64,000 nt of DNA from an uncultured Methanomassiliicoccales archaeon. Its GTDB lineage: Archaea; Thermoplasmatota; Thermoplasmata; Methanomassiliicoccales; UBA472. Below, in pieces: positions 18,850 through 30,042 of this stretch. How positions within the stretch are numbered: the stretch's first letter is position 1; the number at the start of each line of letters is the position of its first letter. The notes under the pieces were generated by a model. It worked only from the letters and a program-made list of their open reading frames with translations, was not told where the DNA came from and searched no databases. The position numbers were made by a program, and so were the translations under genes. The stretch is taken from the NCBI GenBank assembly GCA_963800775.1, contig CAWDCQ010000048.1, positions 7,493 to 71,492 of the forward strand, read 5' to 3'.

Positions 18850-19980
18850 CCGTGTTACTATACTCAACGACTTAATTGATTGCGCATAATTTCCTGAGCG
18901 AATCATTCTCATCATTCCAACAATTGTACTGCTGAGAGATGACTTCCTCAAGGCTATCCAGATCTGGATAAAGGCGATTGTGGGTGCACAATCGCCTAGT
19001 CAGCTTCCAAATCCTTTCGCATGGGTTGAGTTCAGGGCTGTATGGCGGAAGGAACACGAAGCGGAGGTGGTCCTCCACCTCCGCTCTCCATTGCTGATGC
19101 AGTAGGGCGTGATGGTATCTGGCATTATCCAGAATGACGATCCGGACCTTATCTTTATTCAGAGGCAACGATTCAATTTGCTTAAAGAACTGCCAGGTCG
19201 TCGCGGCATTGAAGGTCCCTTCAGGCCGACAATATATGAACCGGCCAGTGTCGATATTGATCGCACCGAAATAACCGACCGCCTTGCGGTTGGGCTGCAT
19301 AAAGGCGATCGGCTGCTTCACTTCCGGTGGGATCCACATGTGGCAGGTCGAACCATGGAGCTGAAAAAGTGCCCCATCCATCGCCCATATTTCCATATCT
19401 GGGTCGGACCTCAATCGTCGAATGTTTTTTTGAAGTCTTCCTTCGCCTCGGCCGAGGAGCCGAGGATCATCGGGCGGGGTTTACGGTACCGGAAACCCAG
19501 CTCTGGAACAGGCGCTGGCATTGCCTGACGCCGATGGTCAATTGGAATCTTTCCTGGATGAAGGCGGAAAGCGTCTTACCGTCCCAGATATCGCCAGGCA
19601 GTCCAAAATCGATGGGTGATCTTCGCAGGGCTGCCGAGATCAGGTCCATCTGATCATCGGTCAAACGCGCTGGCCTGCCCGAATGTTCGGCCTCCATCAG
19701 TCCTTCAAGACCGTCTTTGTTGAACGCGTTCACCCAGGACTGGACGGTCCTGAGCGAGTCGCCAAGATACTCGGCGACCTGCTTGCAACTGTTCCCTCTG
19801 GCAACCAGAAGTACAGCGTGCAGGCGATGATCATATCTGGCGTCCTTGTTCCTGTGGATCTCGTCTTGCAAACCCATTATGATCAATGGCGCATCTGGAA
19901 TGGTCAGATTCTTCAATCCACCCTCACCGATTAGGGTAGATAACATTCGCAACTATTTATGACGTTGGGTATAGTTACGG
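18850..19980 (-). mobile_element. IS630-family insertion sequence
   Basis: Imperfect terminal inverted repeats: CCGTGTTACTATACTCAACGAC (18850-18871) versus the reverse complement of GACGTTGGGTATAGTTACGG (19961-19980). The best ungapped stretch matches 14 of 17. They enclose an HTH + DDE transposase, and the size is about 1.13 kb. Confidence 0.75.
18872..19946 (-). pseudogene. IS630-family transposase in three frames (two shifts, one at an A7 run)
   Basis: The HTH part is 19467..19952 and the DDE part is 18872..19414 (ILDNARYH, LPPYSPELNPCERIW). The linker LGFRYRKPRP...EDFKK lies in a third frame, and the second shift is at TTCAAAAAAAC. Confidence 0.75.
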
Positions 19981-20353
19981 AAAATTTTTTTGCCACTATT
20001 CTCATATAGTGGTTCCATTGTCGATCATTCTTTGGAATTTCGTTAATTAAAATATCCGGATTCCAAAAGGATTTTCCTCGACGTATGTATATAACGAAGG
20101 AACGAACACGTGTCAATCGTTTATGCCTTGTCTTCTTTGATCCGTTCCTGGGTTATGTGAAATCTATACTCCACCAATAACCGTTCTTTGACCTTTCCAT
20201 ATACCCCGAACAGCTCATGGCTCTCTGTGTTCTCCATTGTGTGATGTGACGGCCTCGCTGAATCTTTTCTAAAGGATTGTCGTAATTGCTGATGACCAAT
20301 ATGTCATGTACAAGGACGGTCAGTTATCGATTCGTTCTGTACTCCATCATCCG

Positions 20354-20803
20354 TCAAGTGGTGGTGACCACTATTGACAGCACATGATCCCCACCCGTTG
20401 ATGGTGCGGTTATCACTAGCGTGTACGTCATCGAACCTTCAGGGGAGATCGGGCTGGATATGGACGGGGTGATCGAGTCTAATGCGAACGGAGATGATAC
20501 CTTTATACCGATAACAGAATGGGACAGCGATGTGGCGTTATTGGTCAACGTAGCCCTTTCCGTGAACTCCTCACCTGGGCGTACATCAAAATTCATGGTC
20601 TGGTTTTGAATGGTTGGTCCGAAGTAGCCTGAAGAGGTACCATCATAGTTGATATCCAACCTGAACCCGTTCAACGTGATCACATTATTGGTAGAGTTGT
20701 TTGCATTGTTGTTAGTAGCCCCAATAACCGCGACCGTCGCGATCAAAAGAACGATCATCAGGACCACCGCCCCCACAACGATCATTTTATCCTTGTTGTT
20801 CAT
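20354..20803 (-). CDS. N-terminally membrane-anchored extracellular protein (hypothetical)
   Basis: One TM helix (MIVVGAVVLMIVLLIATVAVIG) followed by an Asn/Thr/Ser-rich beta-like domain with many N-x-S/T sequons. Confidence 0.4.
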   Translation of the reverse strand: MNNKDKMIVVGAVVLMIVLLIATVAVIGATNNNANNSTNNVITLNGFRLDINYDGTSSGYFGPTIQNQTMNFDVRPGEEFTERATLTNNATSLSHSVIGIKVSSPFALDSITPSISSPISPEGSMTYTLVITAPSTGGDHVLSIVVTTT

Positions 20804-20819
20804 AGAACGCCGGTGTTGG

Positions 20820-21014
20820 TCATGCGACGTCGAATGAATCCTGCGGGCCAGGTCCGGAGGTGTTTGGGGGTGATGCTACAAAAGGTTCTACGGGCTGATC
20901 GGTTTGAGCCTGGTTTGATGAACTCTTATCAAATGATGGTGCTATTTGTTCTCCGCAGTTGCCACAGAATCTCGCGTCGTCAACGTTAGTAAATCCGCAT
21001 TTGGGACAGATCAT
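20820..21014 (-). CDS. zinc-ribbon domain protein
   Basis: MICPKCGFTNVDDARFCGNCGEQI followed by a Pro/Ser-rich tail. It sits directly upstream of the membrane-anchored ORF. Confidence 0.5.
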   Translation of the reverse strand: MICPKCGFTNVDDARFCGNCGEQIAPSFDKSSSNQAQTDQPVEPFVASPPNTSGPGPQDSFDVA

Positions 21015-21215
21015 TCTTGGAATGAGAGGGTTTTCAGATAAATTAGATTATCCATGCGAGTATTTGTTCGTTTATTATCTATTTAACATCGATCCGATTC
21101 GTTTCTTTTCTTTGAAAAAATCGTTAATTCGAATCATCATGGGGCTTTCAGAGACGTAGCTATTTAGAGCGGCCCCGCGCCACACAGATGTAGGCCGGGA
21201 CCGAGCCGATCGATC

Positions 21216-21611
21216 CTAGTTTTGCAGATGTGTGATCTGTATCAGGTTGCCGCACGTGTCATCGAATATCGCTATGGTCGAGCCGACTCCCGGCAGCTTC
21301 GTCGGCTCCATGGTGAACTTCACACCAAGGGGTTTTAACCGTTCGTACTCTTTTTGCACGTCGTCGACAAAGAACATGGTGGCGACTATGCCTCCCTTGT
21401 AAAGGCCTTCCTGGTACGCCTTTGCGACCGGATTCGCGTTCGGTTCCAGGACCAACTGAGCGCCGTCCTTGTCCTCTGGCGAAACAACGGTCAGCCATCT
21501 GTAGTTGTTGGCCTTTATGTCCGCCTTTTTCACGAAACCGAGTTTTTCGGTGTAGAACTTGAGCGCCTTTTCCTGGTCGTCAACGAGTAAGCTGGTCAGC
21601 TTGATCTTCAT
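21216..21611 (-). CDS. VOC/glyoxalase-bleomycin resistance fold protein
   Basis: 131 aa with the pattern LLVDDQEKALKFYTEKLGF ... FFVDDVQKEYERLK..GV.F...P. Confidence 0.8.
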   Translation of the reverse strand: MKIKLTSLLVDDQEKALKFYTEKLGFVKKADIKANNYRWLTVVSPEDKDGAQLVLEPNANPVAKAYQEGLYKGGIVATMFFVDDVQKEYERLKPLGVKFTMEPTKLPGVGSTIAIFDDTCGNLIQITHLQN

Positions 21612-21664
21612 GCCATCACGATTGCGATTGGTGATCCGAGTCTATAAAATCTTATGCCGAACAG

Positions 21665-22731
21665 GGTTCTGTAGAAACCATCCATCTATTAATTATGAAT
21701 AGTAAATTATAATTATTTCCCGGCACGAATTGACTCCATCCAGGGTCGACAGTCTTGCAGGACAAAGCCCCTGGGATGGTATGGTCTCGTGTCGAGAGAT
21801 GGGATAACTGGAAGCAACAATATTATTGTGCGGGCTCTACGCGAGGTAAAGATCGCGGTGCGGCGCACCGCATGGCCAAAGTACTCGAACAAAATGTCGA
21901 ACCATTTGTTCACCCAGCACCAGCTGCTGGCGTTGCTTGTGCTCAGGCAGCGCCTGAGCAAATCCTACCGCGAGTTCTTGTGCTGGCTGAGAGTGATGGA
22001 CGGAGTGGTGAAGGAGCTGGGTTTGGACGATCTTCCTCATTTCACGACCCTGCAGAAGTTCGCCCGCCGGATCGGTCTGGAGCGGCTCGAGGCGGTCATG
22101 GCGACGATCGCCAGGCGGCATGCGCGCGGCGACGTGACCGCGGCCGTCGATTCCACCGGGTTCTCCTGCGGCTATGCTAGCCATTACTTCATCCATACCA
22201 TCTCGGTCAAGCGGTCCGAGGGCGATCGGATGATCGAGCGGGCGGTGACCCGCCACGTGAAACAGCAAGCGGTCATCGATGTCGAGAGCCAGATGATACT
22301 GGCTCTGAGCTTCCGGTACGGTCCGTGCAACGACTTCCGGGACGGGGTCCCGGTGCTGGCCAAGGCGGCCGGCACGTTCAACATCGGGACCGTCCTGGCC
22401 GACAAGGGGTACGATTCGGAGGAGATCCGCCGGTTCATCATCAAGGAGATGAAGGCTGGCACCCAGATCCCTACCAGGAAAGCCAGTAGATTGGCGGGCG
22501 AGCTCAAGGGGCTGTATCGGAGGACCCAGTCCTCGACATTCGACGAGAATGTCTACCACCAGCGCTCGCTGGTGGAGACGATGCATTCGGTGTCGAAAAG
22601 GATCATGGGCGAGGCAGTCAGGGCCCGCAGCCAGGACGGTCAGTGGAAAGAATTGGTGATCAGGGGAATCGCTTATAACGCATGGAGGGCGAGCATCATA
22701 CCAGCGATCTGACCATGGTTTCTACAGAACC
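21665..22731 (+). mobile_element. IS5/IS4-superfamily insertion sequence with perfect 17-bp terminal inverted repeats
   Basis: GGTTCTGTAGAAACCAT at 21665-21681 and its exact reverse complement at 22715-22731 enclose a single DDE transposase ORF. Confidence 0.75.
21789..22712 (+). CDS. DDE transposase (IS5-like, DDE_Tnp_1 type)
   Basis: AAVDSTGF, LADKGYDSEEIRRF and YHQRSLVETMHSVSKRIMG are typical. The likely start is ATG 21894 (MSNHLFTQHQL). Confidence 0.75.
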   Translation: MSRDGITGSNNIIVRALREVKIAVRRTAWPKYSNKMSNHLFTQHQLLALLVLRQRLSKSYREFLCWLRVMDGVVKELGLDDLPHFTTLQKFARRIGLERLEAVMATIARRHARGDVTAAVDSTGFSCGYASHYFIHTISVKRSEGDRMIERAVTRHVKQQAVIDVESQMILALSFRYGPCNDFRDGVPVLAKAAGTFNIGTVLADKGYDSEEIRRFIIKEMKAGTQIPTRKASRLAGELKGLYRRTQSSTFDENVYHQRSLVETMHSVSKRIMGEAVRARSQDGQWKELVIRGIAYNAWRASIIPAI

Positions 22732-22787
22732 ACGCACAGAGTATAGATTTTAATAACGCCGCCTCCACTTTTAATCGGAGGATAATC

Positions 22788-23156
22788 GTGTCAAAAGTAT
22801 CTTGGTTCGAAATGAGCGCTGACGACCCGAAGAGAGCCATGGATTTTTATGAAGAGGTCTTCGGCTGGAAATTCCAGAAGCTGGAAGGCGGGGACTATTG
22901 GCTGGCGACGGCTGGGGACGAGAAGGAAATGGGGATCAACGGGGCAATCATGCCCAGAAAACCGCAGACCCCGCCGGTGGTCAATACCATCAACGTCATC
23001 AAGATCGACGAGGCCATTCGGAAGATAGAAAAGAAGGGCGGGAAGATAATCGTGCCGAAGATGGATGTGGCCATGGCAGGTACCCTGGCCTATTTCCTGG
23101 ATAGCGAGGGCAACATGCACGGCCTCTTGCAGCCTAAAGAGAACATCAAAATGTGA
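22788..23156 (+). CDS. VOC/glyoxalase-fold protein
   Basis: WFEMSADDPKRAMDFYEEVFGWKF ... GTLAYFLDSEGNMHGL. Confidence 0.8.
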   Translation: MSKVSWFEMSADDPKRAMDFYEEVFGWKFQKLEGGDYWLATAGDEKEMGINGAIMPRKPQTPPVVNTINVIKIDEAIRKIEKKGGKIIVPKMDVAMAGTLAYFLDSEGNMHGLLQPKENIKM

Positions 23157-23347
23157 GGGACCGGACGCCTCTCCATACATGTTCGGGCCCAGTCAACATC
23201 ATGCAGATGGAGGGTTTCCATCCACCCGGAATGCAATTGAAATCGGTTGAGGGCAGTCCAGATCTGACGAAAGGGCTGCCAGCATCTCATCCAACCGCCG
23301 ACGAAATAGCGATAGCAAAAGCGATTTGATGACAAATCGGTCGGCAA

Positions 23348-23668
23348 ATGGCTAATATTGTGAATGATAACTGCTTACTGGCCATGACAGGCTTCAACTA
23401 TGATCTTCTCGAACACCCATATTCGATCCAGATCCTATTGAACCTCAAGGATCATTTTCCCATGAAATTGATGGACCTGCAAAAGGAGATCAAGGCGAAC
23501 CGTTCCACCCTGGAGCGCAGGATCGATGAACTGGCCAGGGCAGGCATGATCAAGATAGAGCTCATGAGGAACATGAAGCGCAAGGTAAGGATATCCCTGA
23601 CCCCTTCGGCCGCGATGTGGCCAGCAGACTGGTGGAGATCGAGCGCCTCAGCAAACGGTATGTTCTGA
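23348..23668 (+). CDS. winged-helix transcriptional regulator (hypothetical)
   Basis: PMKLMDLQKEIKANRSTLERRIDELARAGMIKIE shows a wHTH pattern. The C-terminus is probably frame-shifted. Confidence 0.45.
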   Translation: MANIVNDNCLLAMTGFNYDLLEHPYSIQILLNLKDHFPMKLMDLQKEIKANRSTLERRIDELARAGMIKIELMRNMKRKVRISLTPSAAMWPADWWRSSASANGMF

Positions 23669-23821
23669 ATTGAGGTCAGACCAGTTCGCCTTGTTCCGTC
23701 TATGTTTGAAAGGCGCGTCATTCGCTCAGAAATCCGAGCTATGGCAAGGCCGAATGGTGAGGGTCTAAGGAGAGGCCGGTCTACCATCGAAGCGTCGACC
23801 AGCATGCATTGATCTCCCAGC

Positions 23822-24428
23822 TCAATCTGAACCAACCTGGCCTTTTTTTTCGAATCTCATCCGTCTGAGAAGGGCTACTACGAACGATATTGCGAGGACG
23901 ATGAGCACTATTACCAGGGTGGCCAAGGTCGCCGTCCCTTGTTGCGTGAACGTGAGGAACAACCCGCTGAGGGCCAGTATGAAACCGTACCTCACAATTC
24001 CTCCGATGGCCTGATACTTCAACGACAATCTCAGGTCCCAGTGTGCGAAGGCCACGAACATTCCCAGGAACCAGATCAAAGGTGCTACCCGGTTCACCAG
24101 GATCATGCGTTCATCGTGCACGAACAGAAAGTTTCGATAGGTGCTGAAGATCTTCCTCGATCCTCGTAGGAAGCCGGATTCGTTTCGCCAGAGAATAGAG
24201 GGTCAGCAGCCCCAACGCCTCGCTGATGGTCGCCACGATCAATATCAATATGGCCAGCAACAACGGGTCGATCCCATATCCAGTGGTGAAAATTATGACC
24301 AGGAACACCTCTGGAAGGGTGGGAACGGCGACCGAATTGATGTACAATATAAGAAACAGGGCCAGGAGTCCGCCCGCCAACCCGAGTGGTCGGAACAGAT
24401 CGTTGAGCATGCTTCCGATATCGGCCAT
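23822..24428 (-). pseudogene. DedA/VTT-like membrane protein, one frame break near 24115
   Basis: ORFs 24111..24464 (from MADIGSML) and 23822..24121 are contiguous hydrophobic halves of one protein. Confidence 0.4.
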
Positions 24429-24885
24429 GCGGCAATGATAGGAGTTTCGCTCTCTTAAATGCAATCTCCTGACGCCCTCCTTCCACTTACTTTAGGTGAA
24501 AGGGCCCGGTCCTGACCATCATGGTCCATGAGGAACGAGTCTCAGGATCGAAATTTATCGGATGAATGCAAACGACCTGGATAAAGGAATCAATTTTTCC
24601 AGAGGTCGGTAGCACCATATTCGATCGAAATCATTGAACGGGGAGGACCCTGGCCCGGTCATGAACTCCCCCAAGGGCCACAGTATCCCTGGTTCAGCAG
24701 GTCGATATGGAATAGATAGTGCCAAGGCATTGACAACATGTTCCAAAAATGGCCAATGGCGAAGGAACGATGTCCCGACCGGTCAAGGTCGTTCATAAGC
24801 GCTCGGCCAGATTGTCGGCCCAATTATCAATTCAGAGCACCAATGAGATTCCCCTTAAGTAACCAGATTTAGTTGTTTTGAGCGG

Positions 24886-26572
24886 ATGAACGCTGCGGTC
24901 ACGCCCATTTTACTCGATTGGACAATGGCAGTCCTAGCGGTCGTTCTCGCCATTTTGTTCTGGAGAAAGGGAACGAAGCAATTCAAGCTTCATTTTGTCC
25001 TGATGTCCCTGCTCGTGTGCTTGCTGGCGGTCAGTTATATGTTCGAACTGTTTAGCTCAGATATAGCTGCGAAACTTCTCTGGAACGACGTAGAGTACGT
25101 CAGCATCGTGGGCCTTCCCTTGATCTACTTCCTGATAGTGGTCAAATACGCAGGAAGAGAGGACCTCCTCACCCGGAGAAACATCCTTCTGCTCTCCGCT
25201 ATACCGATATTCAGTCTGATAATGGTCTGGACAAATGACTGGCATCACCTGTTCTACGAGTCGGTTCAGATGAGCACGGACCCTTTCGAGACCTATTCTT
25301 CGATCAAAGGTCCCGCCTATTTGATGCACCTTGTCTACTCTTTGGGACTGGTGGCGATGGCGATCGGAGTGGTGTCCGCTGCATTCGTCCGCTCACCCAG
25401 GTTTCAGCGCACCCAGATAGGCCTAATCCTGCTTTCGGGGATAATGCCCACCGCCTTCATCGCATGCTACAGTTTGGGGTTCCCATTCCCGGTCTCATTA
25501 GTGGACGGGATGATCATTTCGTTCATTCTCAGCAGTGTGTTCCTCTACCTGGGCGTTTTCCGGTATGGACTGTTCTCCGCCAGCCCCCTGGTGCTGAATT
25601 CCATAGCCGACATCATGCAAGACGGCGCGATCATGCTCAACCAAGACGACCAGATAGCCTATCTGAATCCCATGGCGAGCCGCATATCACAAAAAGGAAA
25701 ATCGCATCCCCTGGGAAGGCAGATCGGTGAGGTCTTTCCTTCCATCCATGCCGCCATTGGGCATGAGATCGAGGGATCGCGGACTATCGAGATGATCGGT
25801 CCGGAAGGCGATCCGCTCCGGATACAGGTCCAGATCTCCAACCATTGGGACTCCCCAGATGTGCTTGGGACGATTGCTCATCCTTAGGGATGTATCCTCC
25901 CTAAAGCGATCGGAGGAAGCATTGGCAGCTTCCAACAACAAATTGAACGTTATGTGCGGGGTCACGCGGCACGACATCCTAAACCGGACCAATGTCATCC
26001 GGGGATATGGTCAGCTGCTGTCCGACAACAAGAACTCTGCCCGTTCCCAAGAGTATTTACAAAAAATGATGGACTCAACGGCCGCCATCGAGCACATAAT
26101 CAATTTTACCAAGGACTACGAGAAGGTCGGAGTAGAGTCACCGGAATGGCAGAACGTGGCAAGGGTATATCAGAAGGCCAAGGTCCTTTGCGCGGAACAA
26201 CGTATCGAATATATGGTGGACGCGGCAACGGTAGAGGTGTATGCCGACCCAATGCTGGAACGATTGTTCTACATTCTCCTGGATAACTCTTACAGTCACG
26301 GTTTGAACGTCACCAGAATATCTCTCACAGCGAAGCAGGTCGGCGAAGAATGCCTCATCGTGTATGAGGACAACGGGGTCGGAGTGGCGCTGGAGCTTAA
26401 GAAAATGATATTCCGGAAGGGCTTCGGAAAGGATTCCGGTCTGGGCCTCTACCTGGGCACACAGATCCTGGCGATTACCGGCATAGGGATTCGGGAGAAT
26501 GGTGTTCCTTCAAAAGGGGCCCGGTTCGAGATCGAGGTCCCCAAGGGAATGTGGCGCTACTCGACAAAATAG
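24886..26572 (+). pseudogene. sensor histidine kinase (N-terminal 7TM sensor + PAS + kinase core), one frame break near 25860
   Basis: About seven TM helices are followed by PAS (IMQDGAIMLNQDDQIAYLNP). The H-box region is VTRHDILNRTNVIRGY, and the ATPase boxes are YEDNGVGV and GFGKDSGLGLYL. Confidence 0.75.
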
Positions 26573-26727
26573 TTCTGGATCAGAGGCGGCCGTCATTCCG
26601 TGCATTTCAGGAAGGTCAGGTCAATTCGCACCGACACCATCCCGGAACGGTGACTGTCTATGCGCCGTCCCCTTCTTGCTACTATATGTTTCATTCTGGA
26701 TGCGTTTCTCCGCAAGAATACGTCGGC

Positions 26728-27842
26728 TTAGTGGGGGCATCGAGTCAAGAAGATAATCGAAGGTGAATGGTTGAAAAACGCCTTCTGTTCCTCGATGGCA
26801 GTTTCAAGAAGCTCTTGTTGCGCTAAATCAAGTTCCCCAAAGGGATGAGCAGTGATTCGTATCGTTTCCTTTTCCATTCTCCTTTTCCAGATACCGACTA
26901 TCTCACCGTTGAGAACGATCACATTCTCCAATGGAATGTGGCCTCGCGCCGACATAGCCTTCGATTCATGGCTTTCATCGAACATGGCGCTCCGGTCCTT
27001 GTATCCGACCGTATACTCGTCATAATTAGGCAATAGCCAAAGCCCCATCCCATTCCCGCCATCCTCTCTCGGACCGGCATCCGACCAATAGGTCACATCT
27101 CCTATCCGTTCTTGATGAAGGTCTGATCGGGCCATTGCGAGGCCGCGCCGAGCCTCCGTCACGCCCAGTCCCGACCACCAGGAGAAGTCATGAACCGTCG
27201 CCGGGCCATGCCCTTTGAAATAACGGAGCGAGAGGCGCTCCAATGCCCCTTCATAGTCCAGGTCAGTAACACCGGGAAGCCATTCCTCGGCCAACGCGAA
27301 GACCTGCTGCCGGCCTTGGCGGGGTCCAAAGCAGATAAGCCCATCCACTTGCGCCCGTTGGAGCAGCAGCAAACGGGCAATACCTTTCACGGGGATCCCA
27401 TTTTCATGCAGGGCCGCACCCAGTTCATCGCGGGTCATGTGCTTGCCCCTATGCAGTGCTCCTGGCTATGATATCCTGACTTCTTTCGACCAGATCCTCA
27501 TTGAGGTCCAGGCCATTGGAGCGGGCGATACGGTCGATGAAGACACGCGAACGTGCAGAGGTCAGTTTCAGCATCCATCGGATATCTGCCGCGGAAACAA
27601 TGTGCAGGGTATTTCGAAAGAGCGTCGAGCGCACGATCCTCCCGCTCGGCAAACGACCTTTCCACCATGGCAAAGCTGGGGTTCTTGGTGCGGAGTCCGA
27701 TGGCCCATAATGCGGACTTATAGTCCTGGGCCTGAACCGCCCCCAGCGATTCGACCGTTTCCAAAGGTGTCGAGTATTTGCCGTCGCAAATGTGCTGTGC
27801 CTTGAGACGTCGCCGTCCGATTTCCAGGTTGCACCATTTCAA
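26728..27842 (-). pseudogene. YcaQ/AlkZ-like winged-helix DNA glycosylase family protein, at least 2 frame breaks
   Basis: Pieces 27498..28106 (LGAVQAQDYKSALWAIGLR), 27449..27673 (RSTLFRNTLHIVSAADIRWM) and 26728..27438 (LRYFKGHGPATVHDFSWWSGL, LLPNYDEY). Confidence 0.65.
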
Positions 27843-28930
27843 CGACTCCTCAGATGATAGAGTGAATCGACAAGAAAATGTTTTACACTTGGGAATGGGG
27901 CTCAATAAGCCTCTTTGAGGACGATGCTCGGCGAGGATGAGGTCATGATTTTGGAGAAGGGATGATTCTGCGGATGGCTTGTCGTGCGATCCGATCAAGA
28001 ATTGATGTTGAAGAACCTTCGGACTTGGAGACTTAGTGCTTTCTCCGGCACAACCAAGATCTGTTTTCGTTCCGCAAAATGCCTCCAGACGACTGGGGAT
28101 CATCAATTGACTTATGCCATTATGAAGAGCGAAGGACTACGAATTATGAATTCATCATCCGAAAATGATTTATCGCTATGCGTTGATGGTAGGTGGCACG
28201 CCGGCTGCGAGATGCATTTCCGACACAGAATACATCCCGATTAAACCTCGGCCGGCGTGTACCTTTGCATTTGTTCGTCATTTCTTCTTTGAATGATAAT
28301 TATCCCGAAAGGCGTTTAACCATATTTGGTCAATCGGTGTTAGCGAGGTTGGCTGCGAGATGATCTCAACCACCTTCTAGCAACTGTATCTCATTACAGG
28401 CCAGCCTCGCGTCCGCTTCTGCATAGGATGAGAGACATTGTACCGGATGGTTCAACGGGACCTGAAACCGACTGTGTTGCCGGTCCCAGAACCAAAGCTC
28501 CTCCGGTTTAGTTATCAGGACGGTATTGATGGCCCTGCTGGATCGATCCATCATTGGGGAGTATCATCACCATGAATAAGGGCCATGAACGCCTTCACCG
28601 GCCGTCTGGCGGATGCCAATGAATGCACCGATCAGATCGCGTTCAGTTCGGGGCGGGTCTCTATTCGGGACTGTTCTTCATCCCAGCGTTCGGCTGGACC
28701 AAAGTGATAATAACGAATTTGACTGATGGACTGCTCATAGCGGACAAGAACGGGAAAAAAATATCTCATCACTCCTTCGGACCCGGCCGGGTTCTCGAAA
28801 GTGTTGGAACAGAAATGACCTCGATTCCCGACGAACGTGGCCTGGTGACTGTTTTGCGAGTCTGCGGACCGTCCGGCGGGCAAAAGGCTATCATAAGATG
28901 GCGACCAAAGATGTAGGGAAACAAGATAAG

Positions 28931-29948
28931 ATGGAACTGAACGAGAGGGCACGCGCCTCATGCGGGCATTGGACCAGGATGAGCCAGACCGAGTCCCCTG
29001 TGCCAGCCCGATGCAGACCGGGACCGTAGAACTGATGGAGGCCAGCCAATGTTATTGGCCCGAGGCGTTCCGCGATCCCTCGAAGATGTGCTGCCTGAGC
29101 CGGGCGGCGCACGACATCGCCGGTCTGGAAGCGGTGCGGGTGCCGTTCGACGTGACCGCCGAGGCGTGCGCCCTTGGGGCCAGGACCGGACGGGAATCTC
29201 GGGACCGCCAGCCCTCGATCGCGGTGGCAGCCCTGCAGGGCAGGGAAGGACTTGACCGGTTGGAGGTGGCGGAGCCCTCGTCGGCCCAGGCGACCAAGAC
29301 GGTGCTGACGGCCTTGGAAATGCTGTCCTCCCGCACGGAAGGGGTACCGGTCATCTGCGGTGTCGTCGCACCTTTCATGCTCGCCTGCCAGCTTCTAGGG
29401 ATCGAACTGGCCTTGATGAACATCATAAGAGACCCTTCGTTCGTCCGCACGCTGGTGCACAAGGCGGAACAGTTCGATCAGAGGTATGTCGACTCGGCTG
29501 TCGAGGCGGGAGCCGACGTCATAACCCTGATCGATGCTACCGCCACCGGCGACATCCTGAGCGCCCAGCAGTACGAAGAATACGCCCTGCCTTACGAGAC
29601 CGGGATGGCATCGAGGGCCAGGTCCGGAGGGGCGCGCTCTGTCCTCCATATCTGCGGCAATACCGGTCCGCTTCTGCCCCACATCAGAATGTCAGGGGCG
29701 AACGCCCTGAGCGTCGACCAGTGCATGGACCTGGTCGAGGTGAAAAGGAGCTTGGACGGTAATATGGCATTGGTCGGGAACGTTAGCCCGACCGGATTTT
29801 GCTGTTCGGAGGACCGGATGCTGTTCGTAATGAATCAAGGGCTTGCCTCATCGCGGGGGTGGACGTGCTTGCTCCGGGATGCGGCCTGGCGCCCAGAACG
29901 CCGACGGCTAACATCAGGGCGATGGTCATGGCCGCCAAACTTCAGTGA
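28931..29948 (+). pseudogene. MtaA/MtbA-like methylcobamide:CoM methyltransferase (URO-D fold), at least 2 frame breaks
   Basis: MELNERAR then DEPDRVPCASPMQTGTVELME, WPEAFRDPSKM, VITLIDATATGDILS and LHICGNT. The tail ...APGCGLAPRTPTANIRAMVMAAKLQ is in another frame. Confidence 0.6.
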
Positions 29949-30042
29949 TTGGGTTTGCAGGTGATGCTCGTGACCGAGAATTCTTGAGCATGGGTGTAAC
30001 CATTAATACGTTCACCATCCCACTATCTCCCCTGGAAATCAA

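Noticed and set aside
28107-28930. Overlapping ORFs 28366..28554(-), 28623..28916(+) and 28632..28961(-).
   Set aside because: The frames are mutually exclusive with no recognisable motif. The region may hide a frame-broken gene, but I cannot support any call.
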